A stretch of 64,000 nucleotides of DNA from assembly GCA_964016885.1 (NCBI GenBank), contig OZ024748.1:15376001-15440000 (forward strand), given 5' to 3'. Shown one piece after another: positions 31,320 through 44,017 of the stretch. The translations under genes and the position numbers were made by a program. This DNA comes from Eledone cirrhosa (taxonomy: Eukaryota). Below the pieces are notes generated by a model, which saw nothing but the letters and a program-made list of their open reading frames with translations, searched no databases and was not told the DNA's origin. Each line of letters begins with the position of its first letter. Positions within the stretch are counted from its first letter, which is position 1.

Positions 31320-32012
31320 CACACACGTATCCCTCTTTCAGTATCTCTTTCTCTCACTATATATATATGCATATATATATATATGTATCTCTCTCTCTCT
31401 TTCTCTCACTATCTCTTTCCCTTTCTATAAATAAATATTTATTTATATATATGACTCTCTCTCTCACTCTCTCTCTATATTTATCTGTCTCTCTATCTAT
31501 CTATCTATCCCTCTCCCCTTCCAGTCAATTGCTGTTTCCAACTCCCATTACTACACAGGACAGCTCCGTATACACAGCGGGGAAGCGATCCCGGCATGTG
31601 ATAACTACAACAGGGAATTCTCCAACGTGACGGGATAACAAATTTTTCAAAAATAAAAACAAGGATGGTTGATGAAGATTCCCACACGCCCACCCCGCCC
31701 CGTCACCACAGTGTAGAAAGTGTGACACAATATGACAGAAGAAATATAGACCCCCCTCTTAGCTTTATCTTTCATCCTTACCGGGTCGATAAAATAAAGT
31801 ACCAGTCACGCACTGGGGTCGATTTAGTCGACTTTCCCCTCGCCTCAAAATTAACCGGCCTTGTGTCTAAATTAAAAACCATTATTTTTATTATCATTTA
31901 CAATAAGTGACATAACTGGAGGAAGGGTGATTAGAGTAATGTGAAATGGACATCTAAGCCTCTGGTGTTAAGTTTGCGATGTGTGTGTGTATGTGTGTGT
32001 GTGTGTGTAGAC

Positions 32013-32130
32013 ATGTGGCACAGTGGTTAAGGTGTTCGGTTCACGATCATATAAAGGTCGTAAATTCGATTCCCGGTGGCCCATTATCTCGTTGAATAAA
32101 GAAGAGACTTTATTTCACGTTGCTTCAACG
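32013..32130 (+). mobile_element. tRNA-derived SINE head
   Basis: TGGCACAGTGGTTAAGG A box, TTCGATTCCC B-box-like motif, ACTTTATTTCACGTTGCT core. Confidence 0.7.
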
Positions 32131-32373
32131 TCGACTGAGCTGGAAGGAGGCGGGTGGGGCGTGAGTAGTACCTGCAATTCAAAAAAGGGCAACCTAGACA
32201 CGCACTCAGGGCTAGTCTTTCACCTTCTGAGACCCTCAACTATATGAAATTTGAGAACTTTCTCTAAAAAAATATTATTATTATTATTCATATTAATTTT
32301 AATGATAAAGAATATATTATATATATATATATATACCCTCACACCCTCTCGGAACTCATCTCCTTCCCACCTG

Positions 32374-32405
32374 TCTTCTGATGAAGGGCTTATGCCCGAA
32401 ACGTC
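32374..32405 (+). ncRNA. Minimal hammerhead ribozyme, family 1 variant, in element 32335-32482
   Basis: UCUU-CUGAUGA-A-GGGC UUAU GCCC-GAAA-CG-UC: compensatory helix II relative to GGAC/GUCC, GUC triplet. The helix I partner appears lost. Confidence 0.65.
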
Positions 32406-32479
32406 GTCCCCCCAACCCCTACTCTCAAGCGTGAACCTAATACCAACACTGTTCGTGCTGCAATTGTTTTGGTTTTTTA

Positions 32480-32515
<36 letters not shown>

Positions 32516-33859
32516 ATGTTTTATGCTTTAGTGTTAAAGAATAAAATCTAATGATGAAATAAAAATATATTTTTGGAAAAAATGAGTGTCCCCCCCCCCC
32601 TCCTCCCAGGGGGTGTGGCCCTAAGCTATACCTTACATAGGTAAGTCCAGCACTGCACACCCTGTGTCACGCAAATTCTCCCTGGGAACTACTTTAAGTA
32701 AGGTGTGTGTCTGTGTGCACGTGTCTATTATAAAGTAATCATCTACTTGCAAGTTTATTTCACGAGAAGGCTTTTTTTCTCCTGCCGCCGTTCGAATCAA
32801 CTTCAACACGTATCGTCGAAAGCGACGGAGATCCGTAAGATACTAACCAGCTTCTACACTGTGTTTCCAATGTCTGGAAGTGAAGGATGCGGCAGCTTTA
32901 ATGCATGCCTCGTGTTGAATCTCCAAGGCAGAGGGAGAGAGGGGTGTGTAGAATGAAACATCGATATATACACATATAATGTAATAGTGTGTTTGTATAG
33001 GTATGTGGTGTATGTGTATATATATGTGTGTGTGTGTATATATATATTGTGTGTGTGTATGTGTATATATATATATATTGTGTGTGTGGTGTGTATGTGT
33101 ATATATATATATTGTGTGTGTGTATGTGTATATATATATTGTGTGTGTGTATGTGTATATATATATATATTGTGTGTGCGTATGTGTATATATATATATA
33201 TTGTGTGTGTGTATGTGTATATATATATATATGTGTGTGTGTATGTGTATATATATATATATATTGTGTGTGTGTATGTGTATATATATATATATTGTGT
33301 GTGTGTATGTGTGTGTATATATATATATGTGTGTAAATATGTGTATGTGTGTGAATATATATATCTATCTATATATATATGTTTGTATGTATGTATATAT
33401 AAGGAGTAAGCTGTGTGTGCATGTGTATATATATATATATATATATATAGAGGAGATAGCTGTGTGTATGTATGTCTCTCTCCATATATGTTTGTATATA
33501 TGTGTGTATATATATATATATAGAGGAGATAGCTGTGTGTATGTATGTCTCTCCATATATGTTTGTATATATGTGTGTATATATATATAGAGAGAGAGGA
33601 GATAGCTGTGTGTATGTATGTCTCTCTCCATATATGTTTGTATATATGTGTGTATATAGGAGACAGCTGTGTGTATGTCTCTCTCTCTCTCTCTCTCTGT
33701 ATGTATGTCTCTCTATATATATATGTATGTATGTATGTGTGTGTGTGTATATAGGAGACAGTTGTATGTATATGTGTATGCGTATGTATGTCTATATATA
33801 TGTATGTATATAGAAGGAGATAGCTGTGTCACACATGAGTGTATATATGTCTCTCTCTC

Positions 33860-33897
<38 letters not shown>

Positions 33898-34072
33898 GAA
33901 ATGTAAAGAAATGTACAAATTCAATTTGAATTGTGACAAGAAGGATGAAAACAGAATGTAGAAAAAAGTAGTAATATTTATTTTTGGAATGGAAATAACC
34001 TTTTAGTAAAATTATAATAAAATCTTATTACTCAATGTGTAGACACGCGGACACGTGTGTCTATGTGTATGT

Positions 34073-34127
<55 letters not shown>

Positions 34128-34277
34128 GTACATGCATGTGTGGATTTGGATGTCCCCGTACAATATGCATGTGTGGATAAGCATGTATGTATGTTTAAGT
34201 GTATGTCTACATATATATATATATACACACACATATATACATGTATCGATACATACATACATGTGTAGATTTGGATG

Positions 34278-34337
<60 letters not shown>

Positions 34338-34992
34338 TGTGTCTGTGTCTGTGTGTGTGTGTGTGTGTGTGTGTTTACACATGCACACTATATTGTTGAG
34401 ATTCATTACAAGTCACGTCAAATATTTTGATGCTTCTATCACTTTTAGAAAGAACTGTAGTAGTATGTTGTTATTTAGCCCTAGGTCAACCCTTATCCAG
34501 AAGGCCTATGATCAGATATATTCCAGTCATGACTCTCCCGCATTGCATTTCTTAAATCTTAATTTTATTATTTTTGTTGTTGTTTTTGCATATCTTGGTG
34601 ATAGAATGTGATTTGAGGGAATTGTTGTTTCCATTTCTAGCAAAATTGATCGACCACGTAGAGGAAGCTCCCTGGTTGTGCTGTTGCAGCCTATAGTTGT
34701 ACGACTAGTAGTAGCGGCAATAGTGCCTAGTTTTTATTAGTAGATAGATGTAGCACTAAAACATTGTTAGTATACTAACCATCAAAGCAGTGCTTAGCTT
34801 TCGTCTTTTATGTATGAATATAAACACATATGCTTTGTCAGTGAAATTTGGTAGATGGTAACTATATAGAAGACCACCATATATAGCCATTCGACAAAAA
34901 AGGATCGATAAGGCGACGATATCAAGAAAATCCCTTCAAGTCGGTGCCCCAGCATGGTCGCTTTAATCTTGGTATCACACTTTCTTAACTTC

Positions 34993-35133
<141 letters not shown>

Positions 35134-35317
35134 AGACTTGTTAACACAAGTTCTTCAACTGCGAAACGAAACCGGTTCGCAGAATTGCCAAAAATCAGGT
35201 CGTTGCGAAAATAAATATTTCTCTCCTTATGATGCTCTCACAACTTACGTATATACTCGTAGATAAGTCGCAGTTACAGTTCCATACATTCTTTTATCAA
35301 CCCCCACTCCACTACGA

Positions 35318-36040
35318 TCGAGACCAACTTTGCCTTCCATCCTTACGGAGGCGGGAATGTCTATAAAATAAAGTACCAGTAACGCACTGGGATCATTTTA
35401 ATCGACTCTCCTCTCCCCCGCAAATGTTGTTAGCCGTGTGTCTAAATCAGAAACCATTATTACATATTAACATTATTACATATTACGGTCCGAGTTCAAA
35501 TCCCGTCGAGGTTAACTTTGCCTTTCATCCTTACCGGGTCGATAAAATAAAGTACCAGTAATCAACTGGGTAATTGCTGGCCTTGTGCCAAAAGTAGAAA
35601 TAATTATTACATATTAACATTATTAATTTGTTGGCAGTATCGGTAGAGGGTCGGACGCCATGCTTTGCAGCATAGTTACGTTCCTTTACGATCTGAGTTC
35701 AAATCCCGCCGAGGTTGACTTTGCCTTTCATCCTTACGGGGTCGATAAAATAAAGTACCAGTAATGCACTGGGTATTTGCTGGCCTTGTGCCTAAAGTAG
35801 AAACAATTATTAATTTGTTGGCTATTATTATTATTATTAACATGCTTTGCAAGCATCTAGTTACGGCCTTTCAAGTTCCGAGTTCAAATCCACTGAGGTT
35901 AGTTTTGCCTTTCATCATCACGAGGTCGATGAAATAAAGTACCAGTAACGCACTGGGGTCGATTTAATCAATTGTCTCCTTCCCCTTCCCTTCAAATTGC
36001 TGGCCTTGTGCCTAAATGAGAAACTGTCAATATTATTATT
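35318..36040 (+). mobile_element. Four tandem copies of a tRNA-derived SINE with a Meta/MESC-like central domain
   Basis: GAGTTCAAATCCCGCCGAGGTTAACTTTGCCTTTCATCCTTACGGGGTCGATAAAATAAAGTACCAG core and (ATT)n tail; most complete copy 35631-35811. More than 20 copies or fragments window-wide (e.g. 12390, 14897, 17140, 29205, 31760, 39410-40045, 42660, 44170, 44681, 46980). Confidence 0.9.
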
Positions 36041-36632
36041 TAAGGCCCGCCATCCCAGTCCCTTGTCACATATTGTTGATCACATATTCCATGTCGCTAC
36101 GGGTAGTGACTAGAGGGTAAGATTTTCCAGTCTTTCTTCTCTGCCCGTCTCTCTCTTTCTCTCCAATCTGTAACAATCTTTTTCTTTCTTTCTCCCTTTG
36201 TTTCTTTTTCTCTTAGTAACTCTCTCTTTGTATCTCTCCATCTTAAGAAACCATTCTGTCGTTTCTCTCTCTCCCTCTCAAGAAACCATTCTGTCGTTGT
36301 TTCTCTCGGCATCTCTCTCCCTCTTAGTATCTCATCGTTCTCTCTCTCTCTCTCTCTGACAGATCTACAAATGACAATTGTAGATTCTGTGTGTCATTTG
36401 TTTTTCGTGGATAGAAACGAATTTCTTTCCCCAGTCACATAATGACTGATCAGCACCAGTAGTAGTAGTAGTAGTAGTAGTAGTAATATAGAACCGAGGG
36501 AACCAGGGTCAGTGTCATATTGACACCTGATCTATTATATACAGTGCGGCTAAATAGCACATGGGGTGCTGACATTGAGACGAGGGTAGATAGACGGGTA
36601 GACAGACAGACAAACTACTACTACACCTGATC

Positions 36633-36708
<76 letters not shown>

Positions 36709-36710
<2 letters not shown>

Positions 36711-36903
36711 CAAAGGAAATGTGGTAAGGAACCAGATGGACCATAACGCACCAGAGTACTCAATACTTAGAGTAGTAGAGTGGGAAATAGGAAAAAGTAT
36801 GACCCTGACGGCAGAGCTCAAGCCGTTTCGACAGCTATTTCTGGACTCAGAAATAGCTGTCGAAACGGCTTGAGCTCTGCCGTCGAGGTCATACTTTTTC
36901 TTA
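36709..36903 (-). mobile_element. (TA)n-embedded hairpin+tail element, copy B
   Basis: Tail 36709-36787, hairpin 36788-36903. Confidence 0.85.
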
Positions 36904-36960
36904 TATATATATATATATATATATATTAACAAATGGAAACTATATTTATAAAACCATATT

Positions 36961-37025
36961 TATTTCATTATACATATTTCAAGCACACCAAAGCAAATTA
37001 TGGTGCGCTTTCATCAGATAAAATA
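36961..37025 (-). ncRNA. Intact-looking type I hammerhead ribozyme, family 2
   Basis: UAUUUUAU-CUGAUGA-AAGCGCACCA[10-nt loop]UGGUGUGCUU-GAAA-UAUGUA-UA-AUGAAAUA: 8-bp helix I, 10-bp helix II, self-complementary helix III (with GU pairs), AUA triplet. Confidence 0.85.
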
Positions 37026-37065
37026 TAATATATATCAGTTTTATGAACAAATATTGACATACCCT

Positions 37066-37131
37066 TAAAGAATGCGACCATGTCGGTTTGAAGCTCCCGG
37101 GAGCTTCCAACCGACATGGTCGCATTCTTTA
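37066..37131. repeat. 66-bp near-perfect palindrome
   Basis: TAAAGAATGCGACCATGTCGGTTTGAAGCTCCC|GGGAGCTTCCAACCGACATGGTCGCATTCTTTA, one mismatch. Confidence 0.95.
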
Positions 37132-37139
37132 TATATAAT

Positions 37140-37256
37140 TGTTTCTACTTTTGGCACAAGGCCAGCAATTATCCAGTACATTACTGGTACTTTATTTTAT
37201 CGACCCCATAAGGATGAAAGGCAAAGTTAACCTCGGCGGGATTTGAACTCAGAATG
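37140..37256 (-). mobile_element. 5'-truncated SINE with 18-bp target-site duplication
   Basis: GCATTCTTTATATATAAT at 37122-37139 and 37257-37274. Confidence 0.9.
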
Positions 37257-37663
37257 GCATTCTTTATATATAATATATTGTATTCTTACTCCAATAATTT
37301 GTTGAGTGCTTTATATCAGTTATAAAAATATTTGCTTGTTGTATCCCAACAAATTAAGTAGAACTTCTACATATATATATATATATACGGCTAAACAGCA
37401 CACGAGGTGGTGACACAAAGGTACGGGTAGATAGATGAGAAGGCAGATAGACACGGGTAGTCAGACAGGTACGGGTGCAGACAGGAGTAGACAGACAGAC
37501 AGACAGACATACAGACATACAGGCAGACAGACAGACAGACATGGGTAGACACAGTAGTAGGTAGACAAACTACTATATTGACACCCGAGTGAATATATAC
37601 TTCGTTCTAAGTACCATACTAAGAGGTGACAGAGATACGGGTAGATATAGGAATGGATAGATA

Positions 37664-37696
<33 letters not shown>

Positions 37697-38111
37697 AGCA
37701 ATAACAAACCAAACTACTACTACTACTACTACTACTGATAGTAGTAGTAGTGATTAGTAGTGATGCTGTTGTTGTTAGTGCCATTGATGGAACTACTGAT
37801 GCTGCTGCTGTTGATGATACTTCTGTTAATACTACTGATGCTGTTGTTGGTGCTGCTGCGCTACTACTACTACTACTACTACTACTACTGTTGGTGCTAC
37901 TGTTACTAATACTGCTGTTGTTGATGCTATTGTTACTAATACTACTGCTGTTATTACTACTGTTGTTGCTGTTGGTGTTGGTGCTACTGTTACTACTACT
38001 GTTGCTGCTGTTGGTGTTGGTGCTACTGTTAATACTACTGTTGCTGTTGTTGATGCTGCTGTTGTGCTACTGTTACTACTGTTGATGTTGGTGCTACTGT
38101 TAATACTACTG

Positions 38112-38990
38112 CTATTGTTGATGCTGCTGTTGTGCTACTGTTACTACTGTTGCAATTGCTGATGCTATTGTTGATGCTGCTGTTGTGCTACTGTTACTAC
38201 TTTTGCAATTGCTGATGCTATTGTTGATGCTGCTGTTGTGCTACTGTTACTACTTTTGCTATTGCTGATGCTATTGTTGATGCTGCTGTTGTGCTACTGT
38301 TACTACTGTTGCAATTGCTGATGCTATTGTTGATGCTGCTGTTGTGCTACTGTTACTACTTTTGCAATTGCTGATGCTATTGTTGATGCTGCTGTTGTGC
38401 TACTGTTACTACTTTTGCTATTGCTGATGCTATTGTTGATGCTGCTGTTGTGCTACTGTTACTACTGTTGCAATTGCTGATGCTATTGTTGATGCTGCTG
38501 TTGTGCTACTGTTACTACTTTTGCAATTGCTGATGCTATTGTTGATGCTGCTGTTGTGCTACTGTTACTACTTTTGCTATTGCTGATGCTATTGTTGATG
38601 CTGCTGTTGTGCTACTGTTACTACTTTTGCAATTGCTGATGCTATTGTTGATGCTGCTGTTGTGCTACTGTTACTACTTTTGCTATTGCTGATGCTATTG
38701 TTGATGCTGCTGTTGTGCTACTGTTACTACTGTTGCAATTGCTGATGCTATTGTTGATGCTGCTGTTGTGCTACTGTTACTACTTTTGCAATTGCTGATG
38801 CTATTGTTGATGCTGCTGTTGTGCTACTGTTACTACTTTTGCTATTGCTGATGCTATTGTTGATGCTGCTGTTGTGCTACTGTTACTACTGTTGCAATTG
38901 CTGATGCTATTGTTGATGCTGCTGTTGTGCTACTGTTACTACTTTTGCTATTGCTGATGCTATTGTTGATGCTGCTGTTGTGCTACTGTT
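38112..38990. repeat. 53-bp minisatellite (~16.5 units) with a 159-bp higher-order period
   Basis: Unit CTATTGTTGATGCTGCTGTTGTGCTACTGTTACTACTkTTGCwATTGCTGATG; unit starts at 38112, 38165, 38218 and so on. Confidence 0.95.
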
Positions 38991-40221
38991 AATACTACTG
39001 TTGCTGCTGTTGGTGCTACTGTTACTACTACTGCTATTGTTGATGCTGCTGTTGTGCTACTTTTAATACTACTGTTGCTGCTGTTGGTGCTACTGTTACT
39101 ACTACTGCTATTGTTGATGCTGCTGTTGTGCTACTGCTACTACTACTGTTGTTGATGTTGCTGTTGTTGTTGCTAGCACTGACGGAATCGTCACTTATTT
39201 CCCTACCACACTCCCCCTCTTTCCCCACCCCCACCCCAGCCACTGCCACTCCAACAACAAACTACCTATAGTACTACTACACTAACCACGTTGGTATATC
39301 GATGTAAAACTACTTCAGAAAACACCACACCAATATATCGATCTATCCACGTGGTGATAATTATCTTACAACGAGGGTTTTGTCATCCCAACCCCACCTA
39401 CCCATTATCGGGCCAGCAATTTGAAGGAAAAGGGAAGGAAAAGTTGATGATATTGATTCCAGTGTATTACTGGTACTTTATCTATCGACCCCCGTAAAGA
39501 TGAAAGGCAAAGCTAACCTCAGCAGAATTTGAAATCAGATGGTGAAAGGCTGTAACTATATGCCGCAAAGTATGTTATCCGACGCTCTACCGATACTGCC
39601 AATCCAACAACAACGAGACAACTTCTAGGCGGTCATACAATCTACTAGAAATAGCAGCCAGCGCGATCAAGGATAATATTAAAATAATTGTTTCTACCTC
39701 CGGCACAAGGCCAATGGTACTTTATTTTATCGACTCCGTAAGGATGAACGACAAAGTTAACCTCGACGGAATTTGAACTCAGATCATACAGGGAGGTAAC
39801 TCTATGCTTCAAAGCATGGCGTCCGACCCTCTATAATTGTTTCTACTTTTGGCACAAGGCCAGCAATCACCCAGTGTATTACTGGTGCTTTATTTTATCG
39901 ACTCCGTAAGGATGAAAGGCAAAGTTAACCTCGGCGGGATTTGAACTCAAATCATAGGTACAAGGCCAACAATTTGGGGGAGAGGGGAAAGTCGATTAAA
40001 TCGACACCAGTTCGTTACTGGTACTTTATTTTATCGACCTCGTAATAATATAAAAATGATAATAACTTCTGAGTGGTCGCTCCCGTACAAGCTGCTAGAA
40101 AGAGCAGCCAGGTCACCATTAAATCACGCACGAAGGTGTCTTAGATAGGAATGGAAATAACACAACATATGAGATACTGTAATCGTCAGTCAGTCAGTCC
40201 TTTATAACCATAACAAGACGG

Positions 40222-40840
40222 CGTGGTGATGTGGTATGGAGGTGTGGTGTCGTGGTGTGGAGGTGTGGTGTCGTGGTGTGGAGGTGTGGTGCGGTGGTGT
40301 AGAGGTATGGTGTCGTGATGTGGAGGTGTAGTGCGGTGGTCTGGAGGTGTGGTGTCGTGGTGTGGAGGTGTAGTGCGGTGGTCTGGAGGTGTGGTGTCGT
40401 GATGTGGAGGTGTAGTGCGGGGGTCTGGAGGTGTGGTGTCGTGGTGTGGAGGTGTAGTGCGGTGGTCTGGAGGTGTGGTGCCGTGATGTGGAGGTGTAGT
40501 GCGGTGGTCTGGAGGTGTGGTGTCGTGATGTGGAGGTGTAGTGCGGTGGTCTGGAGGTGTGGTTTGGTGTAGTGTGGCGTAGTGTAGTGCTGTATGGTAT
40601 AGCGTTGTGGTATGGTGTGGTACAGCTTTGTATGGTGTAGTGCAGTGTGGTGGAGTGTAAAGTTGTGTTGTGTTGTGTTGTGTTGTGTTGTGTTGTGTTG
40701 CGTAGTGTTTTGTGGCGTAGTGTGTGCTGTGGTTTGGTGTGGTGTCGTGTAGTGTGGTGTGGTGTGGTGTGGCGTAGTGTTGTGTGGCGTAGTGTGTGCT
40801 GTGGTGTGCTGTGCTGTGGTGTCGTGTAGTGTGGTGTGGA
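40222..40840. repeat. G/T-rich 21/42-bp minisatellite grading into pentanucleotide (GTGTN)n
   Basis: Unit GGAGGTGTGGTGTCGTGATGTGGAGGTGTAGTGCGGTGGTCT, ~6 copies in 40300-40562. Confidence 0.9.
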
Positions 40841-41403
40841 TTGGCCACTGTTAGAATGTCTGATAATAATAACAATATAAATTTGCTCGCGATTAGGACT
40901 GATCAACAATAACATTTCGTAAAACAACATTTCCACGCCACTCAATACTTCATCTTTTTCTCCTTCCACCACCACCTCCACCACTCTCTCTCTCTCTCTC
41001 TCTAGTACATCACATATTTCTCTCTGTCGTAATGTACTGGAACTGTATGTAGCCATATATTGCCTTGATTTGGCGACGGCAGCAGCGGCGGGGAGTTATT
41101 TAGAAAACATCGGTGAAGGCGGGGGTGACGGTAGTGAAGCTTAGTGGGTGATTCCGATATTCCTTCTGAAGTATCTTCGATCCAAATATATATTATATAG
41201 TACTTTATTAATATATGTTTATATATATATATATATATATACACACACAATATGTATCGAGTACTACTCTGATTTGTGGTATTCCCAATCCCTATACCGC
41301 AGACTGTCAATAACCCACCGCTCCTAGAGTTGATCATTATTCCGGACTCTTATCCACTTAACCAGTAATCACACACACACTCACACACATATATATATAT
41401 ATA

Positions 41404-41597
41404 TAGGAAAATGTTTGACCCCGACGGCAGAGCTCAAGCCGTTTCGACGGCTATTTCTGGTCCAGAAATAGCAGTAGAAACGGCTTGAGCTCTGCTGTCG
41501 GGGTCAAACATTTTCCTATTACCCACTCTACTTCCCTATGTATTGAGTACTCTGGTGTGTTATGGTTCATCTGGTTCCTCACCACACCTCCTTCGTT
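41404..41597 (+). mobile_element. (TA)n-embedded hairpin+tail element, copy C
   Basis: Hairpin 41404-41518, tail to 41597. Confidence 0.85.
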
Positions 41598-41622
41598 ATA
41601 TATATATATATATATATATACA

Positions 41623-41722
41623 TAGGATGTCCCTAAAAATGTATACACACTTTGATTACCTGTACAAGCAATATTTTATTAAAATGGTGTTAAAATGTGT
41701 ATACATTTTTTGGAACACCTTG
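41623..41722. mobile_element. Tc1/mariner-like MITE
   Basis: Imperfect TIRs resembling CAGGGTGTyCC.AAAAATGTATACA in TA context; relatives at 43912-43988 and 52962-53034. Confidence 0.7.
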
Positions 41723-41744
41723 TATACTTATTTATTAAAGCCAC

Positions 41745-41958
41745 GTCAGTCCTGTTAATATAGTGTTTCCACTGTGTATTGAGAGGGTCAGACAATAACC
41801 CTATGAAAACACAGAAAAAAAACACAAAAAAACAACAACAGGGCTCCATATCAGAACTCTGTTGCTTTAATAAATAAATATCTCCCCCAACATAAATCAT
41901 AATTAACTGACCCTTCTGTATTTTCTTTTACCCAGAGCCAGGAACTTTTCATCACCCC

Positions 41959-41961
<3 letters not shown>
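41745..41961 (-). mobile_element. Probable mariner-like terminal fragment
   Basis: TA|TCAGGGGGTGATGAAAAGTTCCTGGC... end abutting a TA tract; inner boundary approximate. Confidence 0.45.
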
Positions 41962-41993
<32 letters not shown>

Positions 41994-41995
<2 letters not shown>

Positions 41996-42169
41996 CAAAG
42001 AAAGTGTAGAAAGGAACTAGGTGGGGCATATCGCACCAGAGTACTCGATACTTAGGGTAGTAGAGTCGGTAATAGGAAAAGAGTCAGGACCCCCCAGTAT
42101 TCTGCTGGGTTACTTCGGATCTAGCTGTCGAAACGGCCGGAGCTCAGCCGTCGGGGTCCTGACTCTTTT

Positions 42170-42173
<4 letters not shown>
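41994..42173 (-). mobile_element. (TA)n-embedded hairpin+tail element, copy D (asymmetric interior)
   Basis: Perfect outer stem TAGGAAAAGAGTCAGGACCCC/GGGGTCCTGACTCTTTTCCTA; tail homologous to copies A-C. Confidence 0.8.
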
Positions 42174-42214
<41 letters not shown>

Positions 42215-43022
42215 AAATGGGGAGAAGAATACTGCAGGTTGCACATGGATAACATATTATAAAATGAGTCCCTCATCAGTGATTTGCCAACGATCATAGA
42301 TATTTCATTGCATTAACATTCATATATCCTGAAAGTCAATATATATATATATATATATATATATATTGACTTTCAGGATATAATACATAAGGGCGGGGTG
42401 CTTGACTGGTACTTTATTTCATCGACCATCCAGAAAAATAAAAAGCAAAGTAGATTTCGGCGGGATTTGAACTCACCATGTAAAAAGTCCCGCAAAGCAT
42501 TTTGCCGAACACTAACGGTTTAATACTGTATTCTATTTATCACAGGAAGATAGGTTGTATAAAATATAACAAAAAAAAAAAACAATTGGCGGATGGGTGT
42601 TAATAACAATTTGGTGGGGAGGTGGACAGTCGATTATTATGATTACATCGATCTCTATATGTGATTGGTACTTTATTTTTCATCGACCTCGGAAGGATGA
42701 AAGGCGCTGTTAACCTCGGCAGGATTTGAACTCACAACATAAATAGCCGTGACTATATTACCACCAGGTATTTTGTTCGACTCTCTAATGATGTTATGGG
42801 GTTTTCTTTTAATCATTATTCGACACAAGTGCGCGAATGAAGAAGACGTTACACATACATTATATAAAACGTTGATGAGGGCATAACAATAAAAAAAATA
42901 ATAATACACAATAATTAATAAACAATAACATAGGTGCCATACCTCGGCAGAAGTCTACTTTCTTTTAAATGTTGATTTTTTTTTAGGGTAGGTTGGTGGG
43001 TGCGGTGGGGGTAAATAATTAA

Positions 43023-43100
43023 TTTAAATATCACAAATTCTTGTAATTTCCGTGAGTGGAAATTACAATTGAGAAAAAAGACAAAACAATTTTATCAAGA

Positions 43101-43133
<33 letters not shown>

Positions 43134-43478
43134 GGGAGCGAGAGAGGGAGAGAGAGAATGGGGGGGGGTTAAAATCCTGACCGCGGGCGGCGCCAAGCAG
43201 TTTCGGCTTGTGTTTTTACATCTCTATACCCACTCTGCATCTCCCCGTGCATTTAGTACTCCCCTGATTAGTGGTCTCCACGGTCTCACCACACACACAC
43301 ACCTCCAGTTTCATACATACAGCTTTCTGAATGCATAGTTTGCAAGGGGTACATTTTCGAAAGGTCGGATTACAATTATATTGATAACATTTTTTTTCTC
43401 TCTTTCTCTCTCTCTCTCATGATTTAAATCGTCATTTTCCACTCACAGAAATTATTGGAAGTTACCTGTGATGTTAAA
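43023..43478. mobile_element. Long-TIR element, copy 2, with a different interior
   Basis: ATCACAAATTCTTGTAATTTCCGTGAGTGGAAATTACAATT ... AATCGTCATTTTCCACTCACAGAAATTATTGGAAGTTACCTGTGAT. Confidence 0.6.
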
Positions 43479-43813
43479 ACGAAAGATTATCTGTCATGTA
43501 TCGGCTAAAGTCGGGACTTTTTTTCATATTTTAATTTTTTTTTTTTTCGTTTGTTTCGCTTACCTGTATTTTTTTTAAGTTGGAAGCTAAGAAAAGCCCC
43601 CCATGCCCCGGGTAGTCAGTCACCTTGTGGTAGAAATATAATAATGCCTGTATCCGCCGCTCCTATGTATACATCAAAGCAAATGATGCAAGCTTAAGAA
43701 AACTAAACGTAGAAGTTTGTAATAAAACGAGGACGAATTATTTATTCTTCTGTCTAAAATGTTGTGTCTGTGTGTAGTTACCGGTGTATTTTCACTCCTT
43801 CCCCACCCCTCCG

Positions 43814-43896
<83 letters not shown>

Positions 43897-43911
43897 ATAC
43901 ATACATACACA

Positions 43912-43986
43912 CAGGGTGTTCCCAAAAATGTACACACGCTTCAACAGTATTCTAATCAAAGTATGTATACATTTTAGGGAACACAT

Positions 43987-43988
<2 letters not shown>
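43912..43988. mobile_element. Tc1/mariner-like MITE
   Basis: CAGGGTGTTCCCAAAAATGTACACAC ... GTATACATTTTAGGGAACACATTG. Confidence 0.7.

Positions 43989-44017
<29 letters not shown>

Noticed and set aside
36709-36795. Open frame VVRNQMDHNAPEYSILRVVEW shared among hairpin-element tails
   Set aside because: Only ~30 codons, the opposite strand is also open, and many changes are non-synonymous.
41025-41145. GC-rich plus-strand frame (…LELYVAIYCLDLATAAAAGSYLENIGEGGG…)
   Set aside because: No clear splice sites or homology; may be UTR or regulatory DNA.
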